From Chrysomallon squamiferum (lineage: Eukaryota; Animalia; Mollusca): DNA of 64,000 nucleotides. Under the pieces are notes generated by a model. That model did no database searches, was not told the DNA's origin, and saw only the letters and a list, made by a program, of their open reading frames with translations. Every line of letters starts with the position of its first letter. The first letter of the stretch is position 1. Where the stretch lies: the NCBI GenBank assembly GCA_012295275.1, contig CM022668.1:13950001-14014000 (forward strand). Reading direction: 5' to 3'. A program made the translations under genes and the position numbers. Below are positions 28,807 through 43,115 of the stretch, piece after piece.

Positions 28807-29412
28807 ATGTCTGGTAAATGGCGACACGAATTATTCGACTATTGCTATGACTGTGAATTGTGCCTCGTCTCATCTTTCGTGCCTTGTTACAAGTTCGGGC
28901 AAAATGCTGAAGCCGTCGACGAATCGTGCTGTTTTTGTGGATTTGTCTGTTTGGCATGTCCGTGGTTTTGGCCCTTTATGGGTGGGTACATCAGGACCAA
29001 AATTCGACAAAGAAAAGGAATAAAAGGATATTATACGGAAGACTTTCGTACTTGGTGTTTTTGCCCGCTGTGTGCTTTGATTCAAGAGACGCTAGAACTT
29101 CAGGATATCCGACCGGTAGTTGTCCATCCGGCAGCTGTCCATCCGGAAGCTGTCCAACCGGTAGCTGTCCATCCGGTAGCTGTCCAATCGCTAGCTGTGC
29201 CATCGGTAACTCAGCAACCGGTAGCTGTCCAACCGGGAACTGTCCATCCGGGAGCTGTTCAACCGGTAAAGGTCCATCCGGTAGCTATCCAATCGGTAGC
29301 TGTCCAACCGGGAGCTGTCAAACCGGTAACTGAGCAACCGGTAGCTGTCCAACCTGGAGCTGCCCAAATGGTAACTCAGCAACCGGAATCTACGGCCACT
29401 ACGCAGAAATAA
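28807..29412 (+). CDS. PLAC8/cornifelin-domain Cys-rich protein with a 19x pentapeptide tail, 201 aa
   Basis: Uninterrupted ORF; its first 100 aa are 75% identical to the 26040 copy; WCFCPLCALIQE motif. Confidence 0.92.
   Translation: MSGKWRHELFDYCYDCELCLVSSFVPCYKFGQNAEAVDESCCFCGFVCLACPWFWPFMGGYIRTKIRQRKGIKGYYTEDFRTWCFCPLCALIQETLELQDIRPVVVHPAAVHPEAVQPVAVHPVAVQSLAVPSVTQQPVAVQPGTVHPGAVQPVKVHPVAIQSVAVQPGAVKPVTEQPVAVQPGAAQMVTQQPESTATTQK
29107..29391 (+). repeat. Coding 15-bp minisatellite, 19 units
   Basis: Consensus GTCCAWCCGGKAGCT, encoding V-[QH]-P-[VGA]-A repeats. Confidence 0.9.
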
Positions 29413-29877
29413 AAATTTTGATGATTTCTCTGCAGATAACTTAAATGCTTCACATTCATTCAGATAGGAAACGAGTATTGTGGATATTTTGACTTGATTT
29501 TATAAATACGATACGACAGCTGTTGAAATTCACATAAAGATTTAGGATGTTTTGGCGAGTATTTTTTAAAACGTAATAAAATAAAATTCAAGAATGAAAC
29601 CTTTGAGAAGTTTGCCACAAAATACGTAACGTCAGAGAGGAGAAACAGAAGATGATTTGATCAGAAAAACTTTTGTACATTTTTTAAAATACATAATAAA
29701 TGTGAACATTGTAAAAGTTAACATAAATTGTTTGATATGTCGTAGGTTTTATCCTTTATCACTTTTTTTTTATAATTTAAAAATTGATTCTTTATTTTAT
29801 TTTTTGAAATAGATATCACCTAATTAACGTTCAACAGAGATTAGTTATAATGAAATGAAATCATAAATGTTTTACAG

Positions 29878-29917
<40 letters not shown>

Positions 29918-30009
29918 CAATGTTGTTCTGAACCCTTTAACGCAGTTTATTTATATTTAATAATATGTTATTTTATTTCACGGATTCTTCTCAGTTTATT
30001 GCATACTGA

Positions 30010-30045
30010 TTATAGTTTCAACTTTAAATACCATCAGCAATTAAG

Positions 30046-30132
<87 letters not shown>

Positions 30133-31132
30133 CATTTATAATATGAATTCTCTCCTTAGAACTCATAAAGTATTTACAATTTGTTTTAACGTATTTAAAT
30201 TGGACCTCTAACTTTTTCTCACCTGGAAAGTGACAAAATTATTAAACAAACTGATCTTTTTATGTTTGATTTCCTGTATATTTATTCTGTATATTTAAGT
30301 ATATTTATTCTGCATCAGTTTATGTACAATCAGCTTAGTATGCCTCTTTTTTCTGGCATTTACTTTTTCCAGGATTATGGACATTTTCAAAAGTTAAAGT
30401 AGACTGTTTTTTACCATTCAGTCTTTTAGTGTTTTATCTTCTCCTCTTGGCTGACAACTTGTGGACAATTTAATCATTCTCACAATCACATATAAACTGA
30501 CTGGAATCTGGATCGGGCACGTGATCAGTGGCTGATTTTATCATCTGGTGATTAAATTATAAACTTCAAAGAGGTGATCTCATCACAAAAAACTTCATGC
30601 ACTTAGCCCTATAATTATGTCTTTGGAAAGTCTACAGTCTTTTGAATACTACTTAGACTTTTTGAATCACTAACAATCATAATGTATTAAGCATCAAGCT
30701 TCTCAAACACAGTATGAATTATTTTTGTGGAAGGTATGTCATTTTCTAATAAGAGAAGCACAATATCCATCAAATATTGCTGAAGACCAGTTTATGAATA
30801 TAAATAATTAATCAATTTTTATTATTATTATTTTTTTTCATAACATAACTAAACCATCTAACACACTATCGGCAGTAAATATTAAAATAAGTGACTGAAA
30901 AATGTAATCTAAAAAAAAAAAAAAAATCACTTTACCAATGAATAATTTAATATTCTGGTGGGGAGCGGGGAAAAATGTGTTACATAAACTTCGGTAAAGA
31001 TTTTGTCCCCAATAAGTAAAATACATTAACCAAAACCCAACAATCAGATTCATACTGAAGAGTAAATCAAAACTAAACACCAAAGCACATACTAATAATA
31101 ACTAAGCACAGTAAAACCCTATTCTTTGGACT
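30010..31132 (+). repeat. Degenerate repeat, copy B; the minus strand carries stop-interrupted coding-like relics
   Basis: Collinear with 18490-19662. Minus-strand reading MDIVLLLLENDIPSTKIIHTVFEKLDA*YIMIVSDSKSLSSIQKTVDFPKT* is partly shared with copy A. Confidence 0.75.
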
Positions 31133-31672
31133 CCTATATATGTAATCAGTATTGGCGGCCATCTTGTAAAATGAACATTAGAATTTTTCCTTAAGTGCAG
31201 ATATTGGTAAGACATACATAAGTGATGAACCAGCCATTTTTTTTTTTTTTTTTCCATTGGAATAACGTGCAATTTAGAATTTTTGTGTAAATGTAATTAC
31301 AGTATGATTACTGATATTTATTTTGTAATAGTTTTAGTAAATTCAAGGAAATGAAAAACAATTCTTGTTTACATATTATACTTTCCTAAAGATACGTTGT
31401 CAGATATTTCTTTTTTTAGATTATTTCAAGTAATTTGAAGGAGTTTTAAGGTTAAATTAAATTTCTATCGCATCCTGTAAGATGTAACCAAGTGTGATGT
31501 ACGCACATTTCATTGTAACATTTGTTATATTCCTATTACACGTGATCAGAAAAAAAGCTTCTGTTTGAAACGATGTGAAAAATACTTGAAGTGGATTTGG
31601 TGTTATCAGAATATGAATTTGCCACTGTTTATAAAATGATGTTACATTTAAAATAAAGAAAAAAAAAAAAAA

Positions 31673-31707
<35 letters not shown>

Positions 31708-32721
31708 ATTAATTAATTAATTAATTAATTAATAATAATAATAATGATGATGATGATAATAATAATAATAATAACTGTATTCGTTTGTTGTATGAAATTT
31801 CGTTTGTCGATGATTCTGAATCATGTTCCTGTTGTTAGCTGTTTCAAATGTCTTGACCAGACTGAGTCTACAATCACCATTTTCATTTCGTATTACCATT
31901 AAGGAGGAAATAAAAGATTCACGTGAGTTAGCTTTCTCGAATTATTTCTTTTCTGAGTTATCGAGCCGTTTCCTCTCTCGATCAGATACGCACACGCACA
32001 CCCACAAAAACACGCACGCACGCACGGACACACTGAAACGTATCTGTGAAAACGCCGAAGATAAGACTACAAAAATTACTTATCTTAAACTACAGTCATC
32101 AACAATATTATCAGTTGCTCAAGGCAAACACTTACTTAGGCTCCTCTTGTTAACGTTTTCTAAGTTTCTTTGTTGTTACCTAAGAATTTACTTCGCTCCC
32201 AGCATTCCTATATTTTGCCTTCAGTTAAAAATTAGAATAAGTACCTCGATTAAAAATTCTATCAAAATTTTTATTAAAATGTTTTATCGCCCCAGATACT
32301 GAGAACTAGAATAGTTTTCTAAATGGAAAGTAGGTTAAGATTTAACGTTAAATAAATAACATAACATTGTTTTCAAAGAACAAATGTCAAGGATTCATTC
32401 AGCATTTAATTTACAGTTATCCATACATTATATAAGTATCATATTTATGGGGCGCATTTAAGCTATAATTAGGATCTTATAGTCACGAAAGGGCCTCTAC
32501 GATTTCAGTTTAATTATCCGTCATCATTTGTCTCTGCTAGCATATTTCAAACAGGACCTTTACAGATTCAACACGTTACATTTCCTACAGTTATGCTGCT
32601 TCATACTTCCATAGCGTCATATTTAACTATAAACTACAGTTTCAGCTGCTACCACTGTTTGAAAATTCACATCACAGCCTTTGACAAACTGCTCATGACA
32701 AATAACTGACAGAAAACATTC

Positions 32722-32781
32722 CAGTGAACGCCCTGAGAGGCGTTGATCTCAGGACCCATAGCATATCAGAGGTGCGCTCTA
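32722..32781 (-). mobile_element. tRNA-like SINE head fragment
   Basis: Minus strand GGAATGTAGCATAGTAATTAGAGCGCACCTCTGA...GGTCCTGAGATCAACGCC has degenerate A and B boxes at tRNA-like spacing, similar to the head at 5050-5115. Confidence 0.35.
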
Positions 32782-33191
32782 ATTACTATGCTACATTCCT
32801 GTCTATAAATAAATAAATAAAAATAATTTTTTTTTTAAAAATCTCAGCTGCAGAGTTAAAAACTAATCACTTTACTGCACGTGAATAGACATAATTATTG
32901 TCGTTTTCAGGAATGGTAGCGATGGAAACGGAATTTCATCGACGAAGACCTTCATAGTGCTTCTGTCACATAAATCCATAGTAGCGTTGACAAAGGTAAA
33001 GCAAATTACCTGGACACGGACACCTTGAATATGCCAAGATTAACTGAGGAATCGATACACATGATTCACTTTTTGATCGATCGCCGGACTTAAATTCAAA
33101 ACTTGCACGCATGTAAACATCGCTCTTCCGAACACATACACAGACGGATTAGAATAAGACGCATTCGTAAGTAGATGTCAAATAAGCAAAT

Positions 33192-33274
<83 letters not shown>

Positions 33275-34662
33275 CTTGAATTGAGGTAAACGCAGACATA
33301 AGGAGTGAGTTACACATCTGTATTCAAACAACAGGAGGTCAAGAGATTCTGCCCAAGGCATATGAACGTACCAGAATTTACAGGCGAATTTATCACCGCG
33401 TTTCAGCTGTATTTATTATTAAGAGACACCCTGTATAACCAGTAACGTACCAGCAGAATACAAATAAACAGCATTCAGATCAAAGGTTTCACTACATGCT
33501 GACTCTTAGTGCAAAAACAAATACAGCAAATCTCTGTTAATTTGAGGGGTAAACTAATATTCCTGGTGTTAATAAAACGTCGACGAAAAGAAATACTCTT
33601 CACGAATTTAGCCTCGGGTTTTTGCGGAGTAGTGGTTGTTAAGCTGTAGACTTAAGAAAGGTGGGTGTTTAGTCCGATTTTCGCTTCCGTCTTCTTTTGA
33701 GTAAGTAACTGTGTGTAGGTATGAGGTATAGGCGTGCAGAACGGGGGGGGGGGCGAAGGGGCAGTTGACCCGGGCATCCAAATTGGGGGTGGTTTCCAAT
33801 CAGAAAAAAAGAACATAATAAATTTGGTTGATTTATATTTAAATCGAATTTTGTGTTTATTTTATGTTGCATCTGTGTTTACATATTCAAAATATCTTCC
33901 TTTCTCATACTATTTTCCAGTAGTAGTAGTAGTAGTAATAATAGTAGTAGTAGTAGTAGTAGTAGTGTGTGTGTGTGTGTGTGTGTGTACACCCGTTATC
34001 GTTGTTTATTTATATAGTAACCGTTTTTATACAGTAACGTATTAATAATAATAATACTCTCGGTTTGTTTTTTTTGTTTTTTTTTCACCATTGCTCAACA
34101 TGTTGGAAGATGAATTATGTTGCATTTATAAAGAAAGAAATAGTTACAGATCACAAATAAATAAATAAATAAATAAATAAATACATAAACTATTTAAAAT
34201 AACTATTAAAAATCAGCAAACTGAGATACAACCCAAGATCCACATACGACGAGGCTCACAGCGGTTTGCATTTAGAAAAAAAAAAAAAAAAAAAAAAATA
34301 CTGTTAACGCCCTCCACTATTTTAACCGGATGCGTTTCAAAGAAATACGTATTCCTTTTCAATTATAAATCATAAAAAAAAAAAAAAAAAAATTATAATA
34401 AAAATATTTAAGTACACGTTATAAACATGATAAAAGCGGTTACGTTATTTAGCATTTGAATGCGGTAGTTGTGTGCATCGTGCACGACTTTCAACATCTT
34501 CCGCTTTTTACGTAAAAAACGTGCTGAGTAAACTGTTTTGTAACAGCCGGCCGGCAGTCACCTTTAATCATCAGCGTTTCGTCTGCTCCGCGCAAGCGCG
34601 GGAAAAAGTCGCATTCCGTTCCCAGCTCTCACAGCCGTCTGCACGAATATCTGGTTCAAGGG

Positions 34663-34695
<33 letters not shown>

Positions 34696-34830
34696 CTTAA
34701 AGCGACGGCTTGTTACGTTTCACTCGCATCTTCTTGTTGATATAATATTTACTTTAAATTTACTGTTAAAATATACATATACAGCTTGTGAAGTTATTTT
34801 GGGTTTTATAATCTATCTCTACTTGTCGAC

Positions 34831-35163
34831 ATGTCTGGTCAGTGGCAACACGGATTGTGCGGCTGTTTCGATAACTTCGGATTGTGCATCATCTCGTACT
34901 TCGTGCCGTGTTACCAGTTCGGGAAGAATGCAGAAGCTGTCGGGGAATCGTGCCTTCTTTGTGGACTCCTGTTCTTCGTTCCCTTTCTGGATATCATCAT
35001 GGGCGCGCACATCAGAACGAAAATTCGCGAAACTAAAGGAATAAACGGAAGTTTCGTAGGAGACCTTATTCTTTGGTTTTGTTGCCCGCTGTGTGCTTTA
35101 GTTCAAGAGGCGCAAGAAATTCAGGATATCCGACCGGCACCCATGGCTATTTCGCGGGAGTAG
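34831..35163 (+). CDS. Canonical PLAC8/cornifelin-domain (plant cadmium resistance-like) protein, 110 aa
   Basis: MSGQWQHGLCGCFDNFGLCIISYFVPCYQFGKNAEAVGESCLLCG...IRTKIRETKGINGSFVGDLILWFCCPLCALVQEAQE is the closest of the three copies to the family consensus (WxxGLCxCFDD...CALxQE) and has no repeat tail. Confidence 0.95.
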   Translation: MSGQWQHGLCGCFDNFGLCIISYFVPCYQFGKNAEAVGESCLLCGLLFFVPFLDIIMGAHIRTKIRETKGINGSFVGDLILWFCCPLCALVQEAQEIQDIRPAPMAISRE

Positions 35164-38100
35164 AAAACGCTTGATGTTTTCCCAGCAGATAAGTTAAACG
35201 TTTTCACATTCATTCAGACTGCAGCTCGGTTTTGTGGATATTTTGATTTGATTTTGTAAATATGATTTGACAGCTGTTGATTTTTTACATTAAAAAAAAA
35301 AAAAAAAAAAAAAAAATTGGATGTCGTATCGCGTATTTTTTTAAAACCAAATAAAATAAAAATCAAGAAGAATGAAAACTTGTTGAAAACAGAAGGATAA
35401 ACAGAAGATGATTTCATCGGATAAACTTTTGACGATTTTTTTTTTTTAAATACATAATAAATGTAAACATTGTAAAAGTTAACAGAAAATTGTTTCGTAT
35501 ATCGTAAGTTTAATCCTTTATCATTTTTTTTTAAAATTAATTTAAATATTTATAATAATAATTATTATAATCACATAATTAACGGAAGTGAATACAATTA
35601 AACTTTGTGAAACTGGAAATTGAAATGAAAGTGACTATATAACAAAATGGAACATGGAATTTAAAATTATTCAAAAAAGTTTGGAGACTGGATTAAAAAA
35701 AAAGAAATTTGTAAATAATTTGAAATACATTCTCGATTCGTTGCAGCTGAAAAAGGAGTAGAAAAAACTGATTTAATTTTGTTGCAAATAATTAATTGTT
35801 TTAATCATGCATATAATCATATATACTTTTTTGTATAAACAGTTATACTTCTTGTTTTCTTTTCATATACAAACATGTTACCCAAAAGCTTTTATAATTA
35901 TATTTTTTATTTTAAAAATCTTAAGAATCGGCTAATATTAAAGTTAAAACAGAAAATTTATGTACTTGTCTTTTCAAACTAATATTCTGTTTCAGGGACG
36001 GATAATATTTTCAGAAACTAGATCGCAATGAAAAATGAGCTTAAAAATATGACCCGTTAGAAATAAAAATTACTTACTAAAATTACCTGTAAATAAAGAA
36101 CGCTATTAAAGCAACAGCGTTAAAAACAGGCTTGATATTTAGTACTGAAATTGACATTTAAATTATAAATCTTACTATAATCATAACCTCAAAATGTGGC
36201 TGACGACAATGGTTAGGAAATGTCATTCAGATAATAAAATCCGATAGAAAGAGAACGCAACGACATTAGATAAGGATTTAGACTGGACGGGATATTGCCA
36301 TATAAAAAGTTAGTTATGTCATCAATTACTGTATGTACTAATAATAACCGATATCTGATAAAGCAAATATAATTATTTTCTTACTGATATTTAGTTGTTG
36401 TGATTTTTTATTATTTTTTATTATTTTTTTAAAGTTCTGTGATGTTTGATGACACAGCTGTTCTGAGCCCATAAAGCAGTTTATTTTTATTTAATAATAC
36501 GTGACCAGTTTTTTGTAACCAGTTTGAACGGTTTCTTTATGCACGTTAATTCAGTTTTTTATTTTATTTTATTTTTGTTTAAATTCTTTTGGTTTAAAAA
36601 TCACTTACGTACGCAAACACACACAAACACGCATGAAGACGTAGACGTTCACACAGACATCAGTAGGCCTGTAACATAACACGTACAAAAAAACAACAAA
36701 AACAACAACATCAAACAAACAAATCGTATTTTTGCTAAACCTCTGGTGATCATTCTTAACACTGTTGAAATAAGGAACGTTGCTATGGTTACGTGACCTT
36801 GAGACGAAAATACCTGGGTTTAAAGTAACAGGTATAGCAATGTGCGAAGTCGGAAGGTAATCGAAATAATCTTAATCACAGAAATACAATGCTGGGAAGT
36901 AATCGTTAAAAATAACTGAAAAGGAAAAATATTAAATGTAATCTTTTAATATAAATTACTCATTAATTTAAAAAAAAAAAAAATTATAATTATAAAAAAA
37001 AAAAAAAATAAAAATAAAAAACATAAATTCAGTCCAAAACACATCATTATCGTCATCATCATAAACGTCATCACATTCATCATGATCATTCTTAATATTC
37101 AACTTTTTATAATGCTCGGCTGATATTGGTATGATCATAGAAGCATTCTTATATCTTCGTAAAATATGGGAAAAAGAAATAAGGAAAATTAAGAAGCTTA
37201 TGGTGATTTTGTCCGCCCCCCCCCAAAAAAAATTAGTAATCATGTAGTGATAATTTTTTTTCTGTGATGATGATCATTATTATAATTATTATCATGATCA
37301 TCATAGCTCCATTATTTGTTTATTTATTATTTATTTGGTCACGGTATACAAACGCACAGAAAATCATTTTTTAGGACCATTCATCTCAATTTTGAGAAAA
37401 GAAACCGCAATACATTTTAACTAGAACAGGATTTTGCACACTAAACATCATTCCTATATTTATAACACTTTTACTTACAGGATAGTACGTACCATCATAT
37501 TTGTTCTCCAAAATATGATTTTACACTTTTTCTCAACTTAAAGGTTGATGTTACTTCTAAACCATTCAACTTAAAACAAGCACCACTTAATTCAACCTCG
37601 TTTTGGATCTTATTAATGAGCGGTAAAATATACTTAATGAATTACACCTGAACGTTATTAAGTATCTTGTTGTTAGATAAAACCTAAGAGATACCTGTAG
37701 ACTATAACTGTAGTTTTTTTGATCACTTAAATGTGAATACTTATGATAAGATGTAATTTGAGACGTCTAACCATACAGAGGGTAATGAATCTAGCGAATT
37801 ATAATTTTTGAGATAATAATATTGTGTGGTGAGACAAGCGCTAAAAAAATCAGTCTTATCGGTATGCATTTTCCAAATTTCCTGTTCCACCCAAGGCCCC
37901 TGAGTTGTTTATCAGTAGTAACGTTATGTGTTTTCCTCTCTAAATTATTCTGTGACGCTAATCGGGAAAGGGTCATTTGGCACAATAACTGTTAATAATA
38001 ACGTGTTCGGATTTCGTTAACGTTATTAATTTATCTGTTTCGTCATTTGTGACCCTTTCAATGGTACATTTCTCTCTGTTTTTAATAATACACAGACATA

Positions 38101-38752
38101 CATACGCAAACCTTCGTATTTCGTATCTTGCAATATTCGAAATCCTTCCCTCTCTGTCTTTTCTTGTCTCTCTCTCTCTCTCAGTTTATCTTTCCCTCTC
38201 TCTCACACCGTCTTTCTTTCTGTCGTTCTCTGGTCCAGTTTCTTTCTCTTTGTTTCTCTTCCTGTCACCTTCCCCCACTCTCTCTCTTCCCTCCTTCCTG
38301 TTTCCCGTCTTTCCGTCTAGATAATGTACAAGTTTCATAATACTGATACGTCGAATCATACAAATAAAGAAGAATATTCATATTTAATGGTGTTTCCCTG
38401 TAAACGGCTAACGCCCATCTCTATTTTAATTTATACATGTACAGCCGTGTTTAATTATTTAAAACTGTGCTAGAGTTTAACATCTCCCACAAACCAACAT
38501 TTCTTCTATTCCTAGGCTTAGTGTTTTTAGAATTCTGAAATAAATATAGAAATAAATAAATAAATAAATATATCTAACGTCACAACATATTGCATTTTAA
38601 ATCTAGTTATATATTGTCATGCTCATAGTTAGAAACTGCATTATGAATGATAGAGAAAAATCACTACTTTTACGGCAGTGTATATATGTATATAGTATGT
38701 ATGTATATGTATGTACGTGTATGGGTGTGGGAGGGGTGTATAAACAAACATA

Positions 38753-38784
<32 letters not shown>

Positions 38785-39039
38785 AACACATATACCATCC
38801 TATAAACGGTAAAGATGATTTAACCATTTTTGATAATCACGAAGCACAGGTTGGAATATGAAATTAAGAAAAGTCAATCAGTTAAGTATTTACAATTCAG
38901 GAGTCATATTCAAAGACGATTTTCATGAACAGGTAACAAAATTTATGCTTTTTATTTAAATGAAATAATAGCACAACATCCATACTGTACAGAGAATTGA
39001 ACCAAATAACCTCGGTCTTAAAAACAGTAACAACGAAGC

Positions 39040-39260
39040 AGATTTTGTAAACGTATTGACTCGCAACCTTTACTTTGGCTTCAATTATTATGGATCCGGT
39101 TTGCGGTTTCACAACCAGGTGTTGCACTACTGTCAGAAACGTCACGCTATCTGCCAGCGGCTGACGTCATCTGGGTCACGTGTTATTGCCGCGTGCTCCG
39201 TGATGGGAGGGCTGAGTCTATTAATAGCTGACCGCTAACAAGGAACAAAAGCGTGGATTT
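39040..39260. promoter_or_regulatory. Candidate enhancer (CRE, E-box, MEF2 site)
   Basis: GC/CpG-rich island with TGACGTCA at 39162-39169, CACGTG at 39177-39182 and CTATTAATAG at 39218-39227. Confidence 0.5.
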
Positions 39261-39378
39261 CAAATTCGTGGTTTTTCTCACTTTACGAACATGTTTTTAT
39301 CTTTTACCTAAACCTCCCAACAAAAACCTCTTTATATTAATGAACTGTTAAAGGTATAGGCCTATATATATGTATGTA

Positions 39379-39488
<110 letters not shown>

Positions 39489-39539
39489 CACACATACACA
39501 CACACACACACACAGAGATATATATATAGGTATATGTAG

Positions 39540-39582
<43 letters not shown>

Positions 39583-40517
39583 GCCCTTATATTTCAACAT
39601 TTAAAAAAAATAATAATAATAATTCAACAACGGACTCGATCTTAAAAGCATTCCTGGGTTGGTCCATTAATTCATTAATATCTTGTAAAAGGCTGTTTTT
39701 ATTTATTATTATTAATTTTACTATTATTATTTTTTTGTATTCTGCACAGTGGTAATTTTATATCCAACGGTATCATCCTGCTGTAGTGTTATTTTTAACA
39801 ACAACAACAACAACAGCAGTGACGATGGTAATGATGATGACGATGATAATAATAACAACAATAATAATAATAATAATAAACATGCAAGCCGTGAGCACAT
39901 TTACAAAGGTTAACAACCAAGGACATGAATGACTCACAAATTAAATATTTGGTTTACGGCACCGTATAAATAGTCCATATCGGTTCTAAACGGACTGGAG
40001 CATTATCGTAGATATTATAATCTATTCAACCATTGTTAATAAATTCACAGGCTTTCGAAGTTTATTCAGGCAACAGCTGCTTCACATATTAATACATGGT
40101 AGGGAGATATTTTCTCTTTTGTCTTCACTGGCATCGATATATCGATAAGTTAAACTTATCCTTTTGTCTGCCTTCTTCAGTTTGTGTTTAAATGGAAGAA
40201 GCTGTTGCTTAATAATTCTCTCTCCCTCGCTCTACTGATAATAATAATTCTTCAGTTATTACGACTGCACTACTACGTCTGCTACTACTACTACTACCAG
40301 TACCACAAATAACAGCAATAACTCCTACTAGCACTACTACGTCTACTACTACTACTACCACTACTACCACCAGTACCACAGATAACAGCAATAACTCCTA
40401 CTAGCACTACCACATCTACTACTACTGCTACTACTACCACTGCTATTAAAATAACAACTGTTACAACTACTATTACTACTACTAATATAAACGATTGCAG
40501 TACGATTAGTGGTAGTT

Positions 40518-40553
<36 letters not shown>

Positions 40554-40883
40554 ATAGTATTTGTAATAGTTGTTATTGTGGTAATAATACAATACTAATA
40601 ATTATCGTTGTACAAATAATAATAGTAGTAGTAATATTAATAGTAGTTTTAAAAGTAGTAGTAGAAGTAATAGTAGTAGTAGTAGTAATAGTAGTAGTAA
40701 CAGTAGTAGCAGCAGCAGTGGTAGTAATGTAGTAACGGTATTAGTAGCGGTCATAACAGTATTAATAGTGGTAGTAGTAGCAGTAATTAAAATAGTATTT
40801 TACTAACTATAATGATAATTTTGTAGATGCTAAAGGTACTGCTGCAACAGTAACAAAATTCTTATTAATTACGATAACAACAA

Positions 40884-40922
<39 letters not shown>

Positions 40923-41339
40923 AAAATACAATTACATAAATTTAAAAAATAAATTAAAATAATAATAATAATAATCGATAGAACCATGTTTAACGTAACA
41001 TATGGTACCGACATTATTAAAATATAATGTAAGTAAAGCAACTGTTAAAAACAATTATATTCTTTTTTTTTCTACCTCAGCTGTATATATTTGTCTGACA
41101 TATCAGGCAGAAGCAGAATCAATAAGTATGCACAGCCAGATATTAATAATTAAAATAACCTGAATACCGCAAAAAGAGTAAAACCGTATATTGCTCGTCC
41201 TTAAATTCGCGATTAGTGTTTTAGAAAGTAGCATGTTTAATGTGTCGATACATACCGACGTTTAACATATGCAGGGAGAAAGGTAATTTTTGATAGTGGT
41301 AGCAGCAATAGCAACAGCAGGTGTAGTTGTCCATTTTGC

Positions 41340-41451
<112 letters not shown>

Positions 41452-41618
41452 CCATCACGTGATCATTATAACTAGGAAACTATTAAAAAACTCGTCACAT
41501 TTAAGTAACAACAACGACAACAATAACAAGAAGACGAAGAAGAAGACGAAGGAGACAATAACAACAATAATAACTCTTCTTCTTTTTAAACATCATCATC
41601 ATTTTCTTCTTCTTCTTC

Positions 41619-41655
<37 letters not shown>

Positions 41656-42051
41656 TGATAACTTTCTTTTTATTAATTAAATATACCAGTTTACTTGTCG
41701 TTGTTGAGCAATAAGGCGCATTTAGTATCATGCAAAATTTATATCAACACCGACATTTGATACTTTGCCTTCTAAAATTATGTACTGTTTTTATACAGGA
41801 CAATGCTTTTGCACGACCTTTCATTGTCAAAATCAATCTGCATAATTGCGTATAGTCATGATCTACGAGGGGGGAGAGGAAACCTGAACTTGATAACTCG
41901 TACATAAATAAATACACACACGACAGAAGAAAGCTACACCCAAGTGTAAGATTTTTAAATTTATTTTTGACCTTCCTTGTTCTCAGTTCATTAGTGTCTG
42001 AGTATGGTAACCCTGATTTAAATATATATATACGCGCGTGTGTGTGTGTGT

Positions 42052-42088
<37 letters not shown>

Positions 42089-43067
42089 TATGTATGTGTG
42101 TATGTATGTATGTGTTATGTATGTAACTGAAACAATTACAAATTAAAATAGAAATTTAATGAAGATAGGAAGAAAGAAAAATCAAACATATAAATAAGAA
42201 AATATAAAAAAAAAAAAAAAAAAAAGTAAATTAAAAATAAAACTAAAAATAAATAAATAAAAAAATAAAATAAAAAAAATAAAACCACTATCACCACCAA
42301 CAACAAACGTCAACAACAACGACATAAAAGTTCAAAACAAGAAACAGAAAAAGGAAAAAAACAGACACAACCGTACAGAGCTGAAAGAAATCATTTTTTT
42401 TTGTTTTTTTTGTTCTCTCTCTTGTCTTCATACTCTCTCTCTCTCTCTGCAACGAAAATGAAGATCACATCATGTTTGCTTTGTGAGTGTTTTTAAACCC
42501 ACGGTGAACAAACATCCCGTTAAACTGATAGGCTTTTCCTATCTTCCTTGTTTAACGTTTTTTTTTTTTTACAACACATGCTTCAGGGGCGGTTCCGTTT
42601 GTAAGGACTCTAGCACTGAAGTCTAAATAATATTTATTCGCTTTTAAATGTTTTCCAAGCTCAGCTTTGTTTTGACGTCTGCTACTGCAGTGATGGTTTC
42701 AGAGAGTTTGTTTAGGAACTGTGTCAGACTAAAGGTTTGACTGGGGTGGGGGGGGGGTACAGGGGCTTTTGTTTCACCAGTGTTGGATCCAAATGGAATT
42801 GGTAGAGGGAAGGATATTTATGGATAGTTCTGCAACTAAAGTTTTTAAGTGGATCGCTATTTAGGATTATCCTTAACAGTGATTTTTAGTATTTTTTTTT
42901 TTTTTTTTTTTTTTTTATGCTCCAATAGCGAATTCGGAGTTATATAGATAAAAGCTTTGTTTGGACAGATTACATTTAACTAGTCCATTATTCATGGATG
43001 TGTGAACTGTCTTTGGTTAATGGGGAAGATGGATTTATAAGCCTATATTTTACGCAGTATAATAATA

Positions 43068-43115
<48 letters not shown>

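Noticed and set aside
34470-34477. Metal-response element (TGCACAC, minus strand) in the PLAC8 copy 3 promoter
   Set aside because: A single 7-mer that is not retained in the other three promoter copies.
42583-42795. MITE with CAGGGGCGG.TCC-type ends (similar G-rich patches at ~22603-22720 and ~33730-33800)
   Set aside because: The termini are too degenerate to show inverted repeats or target-site duplications.
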